Positions 37,873 to 50,361 of a DNA stretch of 64,000 nucleotides are shown here, piece after piece. The stretch is from Neodothiora populina (Eukaryota): the NCBI RefSeq assembly GCF_041146345.1, contig NW_027191413.1, forward strand, positions 2,170,001 through 2,234,000. The letters are read 5' to 3'. The number at the start of each line of letters is the position of its first letter. Position 1 is the first letter of the stretch. Made by a program: the position numbers and the translations under genes. Below the pieces are notes generated by a model. That model made no database searches. It was given only the letters and a program-made list of their open reading frames with translations, and had not been told where the DNA came from.

Positions 37873-40800
37873 ATGAGGAATCTCCGGAATGACAAGAACC
37901 TTCTGATCAGTTTTCCTTCTGATTCGTTGCCACCTACCGCAGCCACTTGGGACCCTGCCAGTGACTCGCTTATTTGCGCATTTGGTCCTTCGGAGGAGAG
38001 TGCTGTCATCGAGATCAAGCGTTTTGCAAAAGATCGTTCTTCGCCAGACGATGCTACGCTGATCGCGTCGTGGGATGCCCCGAGTCCACTGCCAGATTTA
38101 CCTGTGGACAAACCTCTCAGCCTGCAGTATTTCGCCGACACAGCAACGATATGCTTAATTCTTGCTGGTGGCGATCTGGTCATAGTCAGAGAAGAACCTC
38201 TTCCCGGCGAGGATCTGATTGAAATCGTCGGCTCCGTCGATGCTGGCATTAACGCTGCCGCGTGGTCTCCAGACGAAGAGCTTCTCGCTCTCAACACGCG
38301 GGCGGATACTCTCATTTTTATGACTCGCGACTTTGAGAGTATCGCGAATAACACTCTTTCCCCCGAGGATGTCAAGGTGTCTGCTCATGTGTCTGTGGGC
38401 TGGGGAAAGAAGGAAACTCAATTTCATGGCAAACGCGCCAAGGCGATGCGCGATCCCACTGTCCCAGAGCACATCGACGAAGGCCTACTGAGCCCCTCGG
38501 ACGGAGGAGAGACTACCATCAGCTGGAGAGGCGACGGTACCTATGTGGCAGTCAACTCCGTCACTGACGATAAACGACGCATGATTCGCGTGTTTACCAG
38601 AGAGGGCATCCTAGATAGTGTCAGTGAGCCTGTGGATGGTCTCGAGGGCGCTTTGTCATGGAGACCAGCAGGCAACCTTATGGCTACTGTCCAGCGCCTT
38701 GCCGATCGAACGGATATCGTCTTCTTCGAGCGAAACGGTCTCCGCCATGGACAGTTCACACTGCGTCTCACATCGGAGGAGATACAGGATTGGGCAAGTG
38801 CAATTGCTCTGAAGTGGAACAGTGATTCGACAGTTCTGGCTATCTCATTCAAGGATCGAGTTCAACTATGGACCATGGGCAACTATCACTACTACCTGAA
38901 ACAAGAGATCCCATTCAGTTCGGCAGGTCAGTCTTCAGCACCGGTGGATGTATCGTGGCACCCAGAAAAACCTTTGCATCTGTCTCTTTCTGCCGGCCAT
39001 GCCGTTCAGGCTCTTACCTACTCCTTTGTCATTTCTGGAGCCTCTACTTCCCCCTCTTACGACCTCGGACTTACGGCTGTCGTCGATGGTCGCAACCTAA
39101 AGCTGACACCCCTACGTGTTGCAAATGTCCCTCCGCCAATGGCATTTTCCGAGGTCGACTTGCCAGGAAACACTGTTGACGTAGCAATCAACCATTCTGC
39201 GACTCGCGTAGCAGTCCTGCATGGTCAGAAAGTCAGCCTCTTCCAATTTAACTTCGCAGTCAAGCCAGCTTCGCATCCAGAATTGATTCACACATACACG
39301 ATACCTACTGCGTCAGCACGACAGATCGCGTTCGCTGGAGAGGATTCGATTGTGGTCCTCTGTAGCGAAATCAACTCTACCGTCGACACGATGCATCACG
39401 TTGACATTGCCGCAGGCGCTGTATCGCTTCCATACGATACGCCTGCAAAAGTGTCCGCGGTGTTTCCTCGCGCAGATCATGAGTGCCTGTGTTTCGAGGA
39501 TGACCAAGGAGTTTGCTTCGAAGTCGAGAGCTTTGATGAATCGGCGTCGAGACTGCAAACAAAACGTCTCGTGAAACTTCCCGTCCACTGCCCCTCGCTC
39601 GAGGTCTGGAAAGATTCTGAACAGACGTTGGTGTTCGGTCTCTCTGCCAACGGCACACTTTATGCTTATGGAAAGACCAATGAGGAGTCGAATGCTTCTG
39701 AGCGCCTCCAAGTACGGAACTGCACATCCTTCCTCGTCACACCTGCCCATCTGATCTTCACTACCACGCAGCATCTCCTCAAGTTTGTGCACATACACAC
39801 AGGAAATCTGGAAGTGCCTCTTGACGAGCCCGAAAAGGACGAACGCTGCCGCAGTATCGAGAGAGGCGCCAAGTTGGTGAACGTCATGCCCACATCTTTC
39901 TCTCTTGTTCTCCAGATGCCTAGGGGCAACCTGGAGACGATTTATCCGCGTGCTTTGGTATTGGCGGGTATCCGTCGAAGTATCACCGAGAAAGACTACA
40001 AGACAGCATTCTTTGCTTGCCGAAACCACAGAGTTGACATGAACATTCTTCACGACTATGCTCCTCAGCAGTTCATGACAAATGTGCTACGTTTTGTGAA
40101 GCAACTGAAGAAGGTTGAGCATATTGACCTGTTCTTGTCACAACTGAGGTTCGTGGTCCTGACGTCTACGACGTACTGTATCGTATCATGCTGACAGATC
40201 TGCAGAGACGAGGACGTGGCTGAGACAATGTATAAAGAGACTCTCAGTGCTCCCAAGCTTGGTCTGCATGGAGACGCGCCTCAAGCAGAAGGGGCAAGCC
40301 CCTCGCAAGATATCAAACCGGCCTCGGGCTCGAAGATCAATCGTATCTGTGACGCCTTCCTGGATGTTCTGAGGACACGCACATCGACCAATTTGCAGAA
40401 CATCATCACATCACATGTTTGCAAATCACCACCGGACTTGGACTCAGCACTGGGTTTGATCGCAGAATTGAGAGGTAAGGTTGACCGAAGCCTCGTTCTC
40501 ATGTCAACAGTACTAATTACTCGCGGACAGCAAACCAACCCGACCTTGTGGAGCGAGCGGTTGAACATACTTGCTTCCTGGCTGATGTCAACCAGCTATA
40601 TGACCACGCTCTCGGTCTGTATGATTTGGACGTGACGCTTCTTGTTGCTCAACAATCACAAAAGGATCCGCGAGAATACCTTCCTTATGTCCAGGGACTC
40701 GGGAAACTGACCCAGCTCCGAAGACAATTCACGATCGACAACGATCTCAAGAAATACGACAAAGCTCTAGGTCATCTGTTTGCACTAGATGAGTTCGAGG

Positions 40801-42019
40801 AAGTGAAGACGTACATGTCAAAGCATGAGCTGCATCAAAAAGCAGTGCATTTGTACAGATATCAGGCCCAGAGACTGACCGAGATCATGAGAATATACGC
40901 AGACTTCTTGAACAGTCGCAACAGATTCAAGGAGGCAGGCATCGCTTATGAGTATCTCAACGACTACAGTTCAGCCTGCGATGCGTATCGTGCAGCGATC
41001 ATGTGGCGTGAGTGCCTGTCGTCGGCGACACTAATACCGATGCCCGAGGACGAGCTGGTTTCGATGGCGGAATCATTAGCGGAAGGGTTGATCGAATCGA
41101 AAGACCACTTTGCCGCTGCCACTATCCAACTCGACTATCTCGGCGATGTCGAAGCCGCTGTGCGAACATTCTGCAAAGGCTACTTTTACGCAGAAGCCAT
41201 GCGAGTCCTTGGCCTGCGGCGGGAAGCAGAGCTACTCACATCCGTACTGGATCCAGGTCTCGTCGAAGGGTCTGCTACCATGACTGAGATGCTTGCGGAC
41301 ATGAAGGGCCAACTAGCCGCTCAAGTGCCCCGACTCCGTGAGTTGAGGCAGAAGAAGGCCGAAGACCCTCGTAAGTGATCCCTTTTGATGCTTCGTATTT
41401 TGGATATACTAATTGTATTGCAGTTGCCTTTTACGGCGGCGATGTGCCTGGAGGTGGTGTTGACATCCCTGACAACATCTCTCTGGCTTCTACACAAGCC
41501 TCGACATCAGCAGGCACTTTCATGACTCGCTACACGAGCAGGAGTACGGGTACCCTTGCCTCAAACGCCACACGCAAGACTTCAAAGAACAGAAGACGAG
41601 AGGAGCGCAAGCGTGCGAGAGGCAAGAAAGGCAGCGTGTACGAGGAAGAGTATCTGGTCAACTCTATCGGCCGCCTCATCGAACGTGCAAACAGCATAAG
41701 CGAGGAAGTCCGCAGATTAGTCGAAGGACTGATGAGGCGGGCGATGAGGGAACGGGCTGCCGTTGTCGAAGCTGCCATGGGAGAGGTCACGACAATGTGC
41801 TCGGCATGCATTCCAGAGGTCTTCCAGGTAGATGAGCAGCAGCTGCAGCAGCAGCAGCAGCAGCTCGGTCACAACGCAGGCGAGGGAGCGGATGAGGAAC
41901 GGGATCCGAACAAGCCTGCTGGAGGTGAAGGTGTGTTCTGGGAGTCACAAGGAGAGACGCTAAAGAAGCGTGAGCCGCCTGTGGTCAAGCAGTTTGCGCG
42001 ATTGTCGCTCTTAGGATAG
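37873..42019 (+). CDS. ELP1: Elongator complex subunit 1 (Iki3), 4 exons
   Basis: WSPDEE, VSVGWGKKETQFHG, ISWRGDG, FFERNGLRHG, LQMPRGNLETIYPR, QKDPREYLP, SKNRRREERKRARGKKG; introns 40149-40205, 40475-40530, 41371-41423. Confidence 0.96.
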
Positions 42020-42469
42020 GTGGTTGCATCCAGTATTGCAAGTTGGTGCAATCTACCAGGACTGCCGCTGCATTATATAAGACTATGGTACATCATCATC
42101 TATACAAAAGTGCTCGCGTCCATTGCTAGCATCATTGCTTCCAGCTACTATACAAGAAGCAGACGTCAATGTTGTCTGACGCAGTCCAACCAATGATGAA
42201 CAGCAAAAAATGATGACCCGAAAAGCACGGCTGCAGTCTACGGGTGTGGGCAAAGCCGCAAGATGCCGTCGATCACGGACCGAGCTCGACTACTGCATCG
42301 GATGTGATGTGGGGGACAAAGGGAAGCAGCTCTTCCGAAGACTCGGGTTTAAACGGGGAAAGCATCATTGTTTTGGAGAAAGATATAACACCCTTTTGGG
42401 GTCCAGTAGATTGTTTTCTTTTACGGCGATTGACTGCTGTCGAACGTCTTCGGTTGGCAGAAAACAGAC

Positions 42470-44130
42470 ATGGCTTGCAGATTACCGAATCGTATGCTGC
42501 TGCGGCGACCAAGTGCTGCGAGACAGACCAGTGTATATAAAACCAAGATCCCCCGACAATCGCGCTTGCTATCGACGACCACACAACTACAGACCGACGG
42601 TGTTTTTCGAGCCTTGACGGACGAACGAGTCGCGAAACCGTGGATAGAGGCGTTGAGACAGAAACAGAGAGACGGCCATGATCCGTCCAAGGCATCGGGT
42701 GTTCCGAGCTTGCCTGCGGATCGTGATCTGAGTCCTCGTACGATGTCTGATAGTTACCACAGCGTTGTATGGATTTTGCCTTGTCTTATGACTTTGTGGA
42801 CTATCGCTGATTCTTTCTTTCCTTTTTCTTTTCGACGTAGATTCTCCCACTCGCGCAAGATCCGTGGTTACTCGACACTTATGCCAATGCCAACGGACAC
42901 ATCAGACTCGGCACGCTGTTCATGGATCTCGATGCACTATCGGGAATAGTAGCAGCCAAGCATGCAGGAGGTGATGTCGCGACAGTCACGGCAGCATGTG
43001 ACAGAATCACCATCAAGTCGCCGCTAACAGAAATCTCCGACCTGGAATACAGCGGCCAAGTGACGTATGCCACGGGGAGGAGTAGCATGGAGATCACGCT
43101 GCAAGTAGCCAAAGCACCCTCTGTGCCAGGCACGAAAGCGAAGCCCGAGGACGTAGTCATGACCTGCCAATTCACCATGGTATCCCTCGACCCAGGCACC
43201 AAGAAACCCGTCAACATCCCGAGCATCGTGCCGCAAAACGACGAAGAAGCGCGCATCTTCCAGCAAGGCAAGATCAACAGCGCGCACCGCAAAGAACTCA
43301 AAGCGCGGTCTCTGCTCAAAGAAACGCCCAACGACGCAGAATCAGACCTGATCCACGCGCTCTGGCAGCGCCAGCTGCGCTACCACGACCCCAACGACGC
43401 TCTGCGCAAGCCGGACAACGTCTTCTTCATGGACCAGACCAAACTCAGCACCGCGAGCATCATGCAGCCCCAATACCGCAACCGCCACAACTTCATGATC
43501 TTCGGCGGCTTCCTGCTGAAACAGACGTTCGAGCTCGCCTTCTGCTGCGCGGCGAGTTTCGCGCACTCGCGCCCGACTTTCGTCGCCTTGGACCCTTCGA
43601 CCTTTCAGAACCCCGTGCCCGTCGGCAGCGTGCTGTACATGACTGCGACGGTCGTCTACACGGACCCGCCACTGATCGAGAGCTCAGAAGCCATCGCCGC
43701 AGCCGAAGCGACGAAGAAAGCAGTCGCTGGCGCCTCCTCATCCTCTCCCTCCCCTCCTCCTCCTCCTCCTCCTCCTCCTCCTCCTGCTGCCCCCGGCCCT
43801 ACGTCCTCACAGCAACCCCGAAAACCCAAACCCCGCAAACCCTTCACCCGCGTGCAAGTCAGAGTCGACACCAAAGTCCGCGACGTAGAGCACGGCGTCG
43901 CGCGCCCCACGGGCCAATTCAACTATACCTTCACCGTCGAGCGGGACCTGCGCGTCATGCCGCGCACGTATACCGAGATGATGATGATGGTTGAGGGGAG
44001 GCGGCGCGCGAAGAGTGTGGTTAGTGAGAAGACTGCTGCTGCTGCTGCTGCTGCTGGGAGTGGGGGCGTACAACAGGAGGTTGACGAGGAGGAGGAGGAT
44101 GATGGGACGAGGGAGAGGGTTACTGAGTAA
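42470..44130 (+). CDS. double hot-dog acyl-CoA thioesterase (ACOT9-like), mitochondrial; intron 42766-42840
   Basis: Arg-rich presequence, MDLDALSG, VTAACDRI, TGRSSMEI, PQYRNRHNFMIFGGFLLKQTFELA, FQNPVPVG. Confidence 0.88.
43753..43785 (+). repeat. (CCT)11 microsatellite encoding poly-Pro
   Basis: Seen directly in the thioesterase CDS. Confidence 0.9.
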
Positions 44131-44606
44131 GGTTGTGTGGTGTGGTGTGGGGTCCCTCGATGGGTCGTCTTTGTTGGCAAGGACAGTAGAGGGGATTCGG
44201 CCTTGTTCTTTATGTATATATACTTGTGCTTGCATGAATTGAGCTTTTAACTGTTCCAGAGAATTTGTGGTGGGTGTGACGACTTGTTTCGTACATTAAA
44301 GAGGTGATATGGACACAAAGAAGACACTGAACAGGAGCATGGATGGAATCCTGTATGTTGTTTCTTGTCCCGAGTATTGACTGTCAGAGTCTGTATTGAG
44401 CATGGCGCCTTGCATGTAGATGAGTGACATGTATCTAGTAAAGATATCATTCGCCGTTTCCAGTGACTCTGGGGGCTTGTCCTCGTCCCCCAATCCATCA
44501 AGTCTTGTCCTTCTCGCCACCACTACTATCCACTCCACCTGCACCTCCACCAATCAAACCCAAATGCAGCCCAAGAGAACCAAAAACGACGGCAGAAAAT
44601 AAATCA

Positions 44607-45947
44607 TCATCGGCTTTCGGAATAATCATTAAGCGCGACACAAACAGCACCCCTGTGATGCCCGTTATACTGCCTGATGACCTGCTTACTGCTCAGCTCC
44701 CACAGACGCGCATAGTGATCACTGCACGCGGTGACGAGATACGCCGAGTCCGCGGAAAACGCGCAGTCCCAGACCCAGCGCTGATGGCCGTCGAGTTCCT
44801 GCTCGAGCTCGAAAGGGGAATTAGGCTCTGCGCCCGCAGGGGAGTCTATGCTTGCTGCTGCTGCCGCTGCTGAGGGAGAGGAGAGGTCGACGGACCAGAT
44901 GCGCGCCGTGTGATCTGCGGAGCAGGTGGCCAGATGGCGCACGTCGGGGGACAACAAGACGCGCGTGATGTAGGTCTCGTGGGCTTTGAATTTCGTCACC
45001 GGGACTAGAGTCGTGACGTCCTTGGCGGTTATGATGCGCCACACGTACACGGCGCCTTGCTGCGAGTTGCTGACTGCTGCGCACAACAGACTGCCGTCGC
45101 TGGCGACCGTGACGGATGCCACGGCTTTGTCTTCTTCCGGGATCAGTTGGTGCGAGCATTTGTTCTCCGCGAGATCCCATATCCGCACGTTGCCGCCTCG
45201 GTCGCACGAGATCAATTCGCCTTGGTTGGGGTGGATGACAACGTCGTTGACCGGCACGCCGTGCGAGTAGTTTCGCTGGATGTGTCCGCTTCGCGTGTCC
45301 CAGATTTTGACGGTGCCGTCTTCGGAACTCGTCACCATCCATTTACCTTCGCAGTGGAATGCTAGCCCGGTGATGTTGTTCGTGTGGCCTTCGAATGTCA
45401 GGACTGCTGCTGGGTTCGTGGATTTGATGTCGTAGAGTTTGACCGTGTGGTGGCCTGCTGCTGCTAGGAATCGCTTGTCGGGCGATATGCAGAGACGGTT
45501 CACTTGGCTGTCCGGATGGGGGATTGTGCGGCTACATATGCCGGATAATGCTTCCCAGAATCTGTGGCGCATACGTTTCTGAGATTAGTTCATAGTGACC
45601 ATGGTACATGGTCGATTGCAGAACAGCCAGAAAAGGTGTTTGAGATGCAAGTACAGGACATCTGAACAGCTTGACAAGACTGCACTCCGCCTCATTCGAT
45701 TCTCTCCCTTCCTTTCTTTCCCATAGTCAAAACAGGAACAAACCCCCAAAAAGCGCAGCAACACCAAACAAAAAAAGAAAACAGAGTTCACCTACCGAAT
45801 AGTATGATCATACCCAGCTACACGCCCTCGCCGTCAGCAAGTGCCTTTTCACACAAACGCAAAAACTCGAAACTGCAGATGAGATCCAAAGAGTGCAAAA
45901 GAAGAAGGAACCAAAAAAGACGTACCGGTACATAGAATAACACTCAT
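44607..45947 (-). CDS. LST8: TOR complex WD40 subunit Lst8 (exons 45947-45926, 45817-45796, 45561-44607; 332 aa)
   Basis: MSVILCT|AGYDHTI|RFWEALSGICSRTI, HPNQGELISCD, GHQRWVWDCAFSADSAYLVTA, GAVCVALND. Confidence 0.96.
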
Positions 45948-45979
45948 TATGGCTGCCTTCCTTGCTGACGTGCCACCCC

Positions 45980-45981
<2 letters not shown>

Positions 45982-46023
<42 letters not shown>
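45982..46023. repeat. (CGT)14 microsatellite just upstream of the LST8 ATG
   Basis: Perfect trinucleotide run ending about 35 nt before the start codon. Confidence 0.9.
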
Positions 46024-46026
<3 letters not shown>

Positions 46027-46729
46027 ACGTAGCTAGCTAGCTACCTTAGCCTGCTCCGCTGTGGCGAGACGAGTAAAGTAGAATCCTCTCCTTGCACTAT
46101 GAAAGTCGTGAATACCCGACGGGTCGTTTGATAGTCGCAGTGTTATCACGTCGTCTGGCAAAAGTAAGGCGTATACGAAGAGTCGCGCGGTATGCTTAGT
46201 CGCTGCTCGCGAATCCCAATCGGTCGGCAATCTGTCAGGGATTCACACTTGAACCTGACTGCAGCTGGATTGTAAGCGCAGTGGCCAACGCATGTGTACA
46301 CGGCGAGTGGGGCTGAAGTAGGATATATAGCACGTGGATTGTACAAGGTATATTATCAAGGTGTTTGTATGTTCACTCTCTTGAGCAGTAGTAGTAGTAG
46401 TACATACACTAGACCAGACGTCGTGGACCCTTGTTTCTGGTCTTGGGTCCTGGTAGGTGTCGGTCGTCGGAGTTTAGCTGGCTGGTTGGTGCTTGAGCTG
46501 GATATATTTGCGACAAGCAATGCATCACTACTATGGATTACAATGTTATGTGTTATTGCACAAGAAAGTTTGGCATAACGTGAAAGAGTTGGGTATTTAT
46601 TGGAAAAAAAGTAGAAAAGTAATCTGAAAATAGTGACTACAAAACTTGCTTGCTTGATGAGATGCCGCCCTGAGAGAACAATAGGACCCCCATCATTCCA
46701 AAATGTCCAACGAAACGCCAAGAAAATGA

Positions 46730-49576
46730 TCACGGCACATAAAGTCTAGAGTATGCGGTGACGGGAGTCCTGCAAGTCATGCAATTATTGAAGTTCCTCG
46801 TTGCGACTCCGACGCGACAGTCGTCGCATATACTCAAGCAGCCGCAGGGCCACACCATGATGACTCGAGGATTGGATTGACAGATGACGCACTGAGGACC
46901 GCTCGAGCCCATGCCTTCGGCGCCAGAGTCCCAGGAGCCGCTTTTAGCTGCGTCACCACCGACTGCAGCCCGTCTCTCGAGAACAAACTGCTCGAGAGCG
47001 GCCTCTTCCTCGGCTTCGGTCTTGTAGTCGCCGTCGAGACCGTTGGACCCAGGTCCATCCAATGGTCCAGTCAGCAGTCGTGCTTTCTCGCGCGTCATAC
47101 GCCTGCGGTACTGCGATCTCGTCATGGGTCGATCGCTCTGCAGATGGCGGGCAAGCATCTGGGCCTCTTCTCGCTCCTGGGCTGACTTGGGATCGAGCAG
47201 CCTAGCAAGATCAGCCATGCTCAGTGTGTTTTCCGGAGTGTCTTCGCGACTCAGAGAGCTATAGTCATCCTGGGTAGGGGTGCGCCGGCCGTCTTCGTCG
47301 TCAGACATGGCCTCGCTCGCATTGCTTGACATGGAGATAAGGCTAGTGGTGTCGTCTTCGATGCTTTGGGCGACATACTCGCCACTTTTGTCGAGATCGC
47401 CCCACCATCCGCCCTGTTTCCACCAGTCGTACAGACCGGCGTCCAAAGCCTCGTTGGTTGGGTCTTGACCCAAAGCTTCAGCTCTCAGCCGGCGACGCAT
47501 TTCCACCTCAACATCGACATTACCGTTCTGAGGTATAGAAAGCGAGCCATCGTCGGCAACAAGCCAGAAGTCTGGAGTGTCAGCTCGGCGATTCCTTGTC
47601 ACTACAACAGCGATCTTGATATCGCGGACATCGGCCAGTCGTCGAAGCCATTGTGGCACCCGAGCTATACCGATCGCTCTGAGTGACCTCAGTGTCAACC
47701 TAGCCAGCAGACGGACGATCAAAGTCCGGATGCCTTTTGCAAACTCGTAGGTCAGTTGCCATCTTCCACGTCGTTCCGCAATGCCCAGACCGTTGTCGTA
47801 GGTTGTTGATTTGTTGGCGGCTGCTCCTGCTTTGGATCGGCGCTCTCGAGCATAACCAGACTGCAGTGTGGAGTTTGTGATGTCGGTGAAGTCAAGGCCA
47901 CCAGCAGTGCGGTCGCCGACGAGTTCTGGAGGGACAGAGGGCAAGTTTCGTCGTGCATTGACTCTTGACGTCAGCTCTTCGAGACGCTTCTGCTCGAGCC
48001 AAGTCATGCGGTGGATCTGGACTCTGTTGCCCTCGTTGAGGTAGACGGCCTCGCTCGCAGCGGTCAGGACACTGAAGCCGACTTTCAGGAGGGTAGTGTA
48101 GAAATCCTCACTCCAGTTGAGCTTGATGGCGGAGGATGACGAGAACTGAAAGTTCGCCTGCAGGTTGCCAAAGGCCAGAGTGAAGCGTTCTTTTAGTGTC
48201 GGGTTCGCGGCCAGGCTGGGAGGTAGCGAGAGGGCAGTGATGACGAAAGCAATGGCGTATATGACGGCGCAGACGGCAATACCAGTCAAGATCAAGATGT
48301 GTGGTATGAAGCCGATGACGCAGACGGTGGGGAAGCGTAGCATGCCCAGATCCTCAACGTCCTCCAGAGGGCTGTTGAGGACATGAACGAAGCTCCAGAC
48401 AAAGGCTCCCATGTAGCACATGGCCCAGACTGCTGTGTTGACCAGGCGGAATCGGTCTCTCTTTCCTGTGATTGCCAAGACAGCGCTGCTCAGATGACTC
48501 AGGCAAGATATGAGGCATATGAGAAGTACCTCGGGAGGAGCATTGAGTCGCTTCAAAACCATGGGCTTGGTCAGGAGCGGGTAGGCCGAGGCGCTCGAGT
48601 CAGAGGAGGATGCGGACTGGGAAGGTTTCGGCGCAGGGCTCAGTCGCGGAGAAGCGAAAAAGTCCAGACCCATGGCGCTGGACAACATGGTCTCGCATTC
48701 GGCGAAGGAGAGGGAGTGCTCAAAAAGAGTCATGCCGGTCTCGGGCATGAGTTGACGTCCCTGGATGGCGCAGGCCATGGTCTCAATGAACTGACTGAAA
48801 CACAGGGCGAGGAAGACGGGCCATATGACGTTGTTGGAGCCCAGCACCTTGAGCTTTCCGGCGTCGGTCAGAGCCATGTCCATGGCCAGGCAACACTCGG
48901 CATCAGTCTTCCAGAACAAGAGCTTGGAGCTGAGATGGTAGAGAAAGCCGCTCTGGCCAGCGAAGTTGATGGGCAACAGCTTGGAAGGATTGTTGTAGCG
49001 CAGCATGGCGTATTCGGGAGAAGTCTGGCACTTGACGGCGCGCAGGACGCTGTAGAGAGACAGCAGCAGGAGAAAGATGGAGGCCGAGTAGAGGAGCAGA
49101 CGTGTCTTCCATCGTAGAGTCAGGTTCTGGCGAGACGATGCGTAGAACTGGGTACGGTTCAGCACGATGGAGATGACGAAAGTAGCCAGAGCCCATCGTG
49201 AACCGAGATAGGAGAACATGCCGCCGAAACCTCTAAAGGCCTCGAAAGATGGAATGGCGAGGGACGAGATCCATCCAGACTCGTCGGCCATGGCGGACGT
49301 GGCGGCGGCGGCAGAGACAGCAGTGGTGGATGCGGCCATGGCGTCGATGCCCTGAGCAAAGGTGGAGGAGGTGGAGTTTGAGGCTGTGGTGTTGGCCATG
49401 TCTGCTGCAGTCGCCTCGGCCAGCGCACTTCCTCCGTCTCTTATCTTGCCAACGACGGCGTCGAGCTGCTCCGGAAGCGCAGCCAGAGCGAGGGATCCCA
49501 GTCTGCGGGCGAGGCGCGGGACGGCGTAGAGCAAGTCGTTGGACGAGGGGATCAGAGTGGTGGCGTTGACGTCCAT
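46730..49576 (-). CDS. Asi3-like multi-pass membrane E3 ubiquitin ligase with C-terminal RING
   Basis: LNRTQFYASSR, ETGMTLFEHSLSFAE, RFPTVCVIGFIPH, several TM segments; RING CVIC...WPCGCLSICDDCR...CMTCR. Confidence 0.85.
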   Translation of the reverse strand: MDVNATTLIPSSNDLLYAVPRLARRLGSLALAALPEQLDAVVGKIRDGGSALAEATAADMANTTASNSTSSTFAQGIDAMAASTTAVSAAAATSAMADESGWISSLAIPSFEAFRGFGGMFSYLGSRWALATFVISIVLNRTQFYASSRQNLTLRWKTRLLLYSASIFLLLLSLYSVLRAVKCQTSPEYAMLRYNNPSKLLPINFAGQSGFLYHLSSKLLFWKTDAECCLAMDMALTDAGKLKVLGSNNVIWPVFLALCFSQFIETMACAIQGRQLMPETGMTLFEHSLSFAECETMLSSAMGLDFFASPRLSPAPKPSQSASSSDSSASAYPLLTKPMVLKRLNAPPEVLLICLISCLSHLSSAVLAITGKRDRFRLVNTAVWAMCYMGAFVWSFVHVLNSPLEDVEDLGMLRFPTVCVIGFIPHILILTGIAVCAVIYAIAFVITALSLPPSLAANPTLKERFTLAFGNLQANFQFSSSSAIKLNWSEDFYTTLLKVGFSVLTAASEAVYLNEGNRVQIHRMTWLEQKRLEELTSRVNARRNLPSVPPELVGDRTAGGLDFTDITNSTLQSGYARERRSKAGAAANKSTTYDNGLGIAERRGRWQLTYEFAKGIRTLIVRLLARLTLRSLRAIGIARVPQWLRRLADVRDIKIAVVVTRNRRADTPDFWLVADDGSLSIPQNGNVDVEVEMRRRLRAEALGQDPTNEALDAGLYDWWKQGGWWGDLDKSGEYVAQSIEDDTTSLISMSSNASEAMSDDEDGRRTPTQDDYSSLSREDTPENTLSMADLARLLDPKSAQEREEAQMLARHLQSDRPMTRSQYRRRMTREKARLLTGPLDGPGSNGLDGDYKTEAEEEAALEQFVLERRAAVGGDAAKSGSWDSGAEGMGSSGPQCVICQSNPRVIMVWPCGCLSICDDCRVGVATRNFNNCMTCRTPVTAYSRLYVP

Positions 49577-50361
49577 GGCTTTTTGTCTGTTATGTTCTCC
49601 CCCTCTTGTATTGGTGATTATCTGAAACAACCGCTCCGGGTGCAACGGCTCATACTGTCTGTCCGTTTGCACGCGATGTCGGTCAGACTGGGCAGGTGGG
49701 CGTTTGCTGCGGGGTGAGGATGAGGAGAAGGAGGAGGAGGGAGAGTCAGGTGTAGGTGAAGACGAGTTTCAGGCGATGATCCAGATAGTCTGTCGGGTCA
49801 TATCATTCTGTCATTGTCTTGCTGTCATGCCATTCAGCAAGCAGATGGCGGAACACGCGCGCCGAACAGTGGTGATAACAATAATGATGATAATGATGAG
49901 GATGGTGCTGGCAATGGGGCGAGGTCCCAGCGCTGCTCAGATCCCGAGGTTGACTAGCTGCCCTGGCCTGTGACTGTCTGCCTTAATTACAGTACAGTAC
50001 TTTGTACTCCGTGGTGAATGATATGAGGCATCCATCCCACATTTGAGTAGGTAAGGCAATCAAGGTGCCGACAATCCGGTAAGTCAGGTTGTGGGTCCGT
50101 GCATCGGCGAAACTGCAGGTGAGCATCCCGCGGGGTCAAACGGCGTGCTCAGACGGAGTTAAGAAACCCCTCCTCGTCGTCATCGACTGCTGCCTGCCTG
50201 CACCTGCATGAGGCTGCCTTCCTTGGGTCTCAATTGTTTCTTTGATTCTTTTTGATTTCCTCAGCGCTCGTTTTCCGAGAACATCACTCTGTTTCAATCA
50301 CACACCAATCACCCTCAAGACGCATACACAACTGTCAGTCACTAGAAAACGACCCAGAAAG

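Noticed and set aside
48383..49117. 244-aa antisense ORF (also 39313-40053, 17491-18150, 37776-38375 and similar)
   Set aside because: These lie opposite well-supported genes, are explained by codon bias and show no recognisable motifs.
36627..50361. Short near-cognate extensions on MTR4 (36692), Asi3-like (49672) and PI31 (50242)
   Set aside because: Only 22-40 codons, within chance expectation, with no convincing targeting character.
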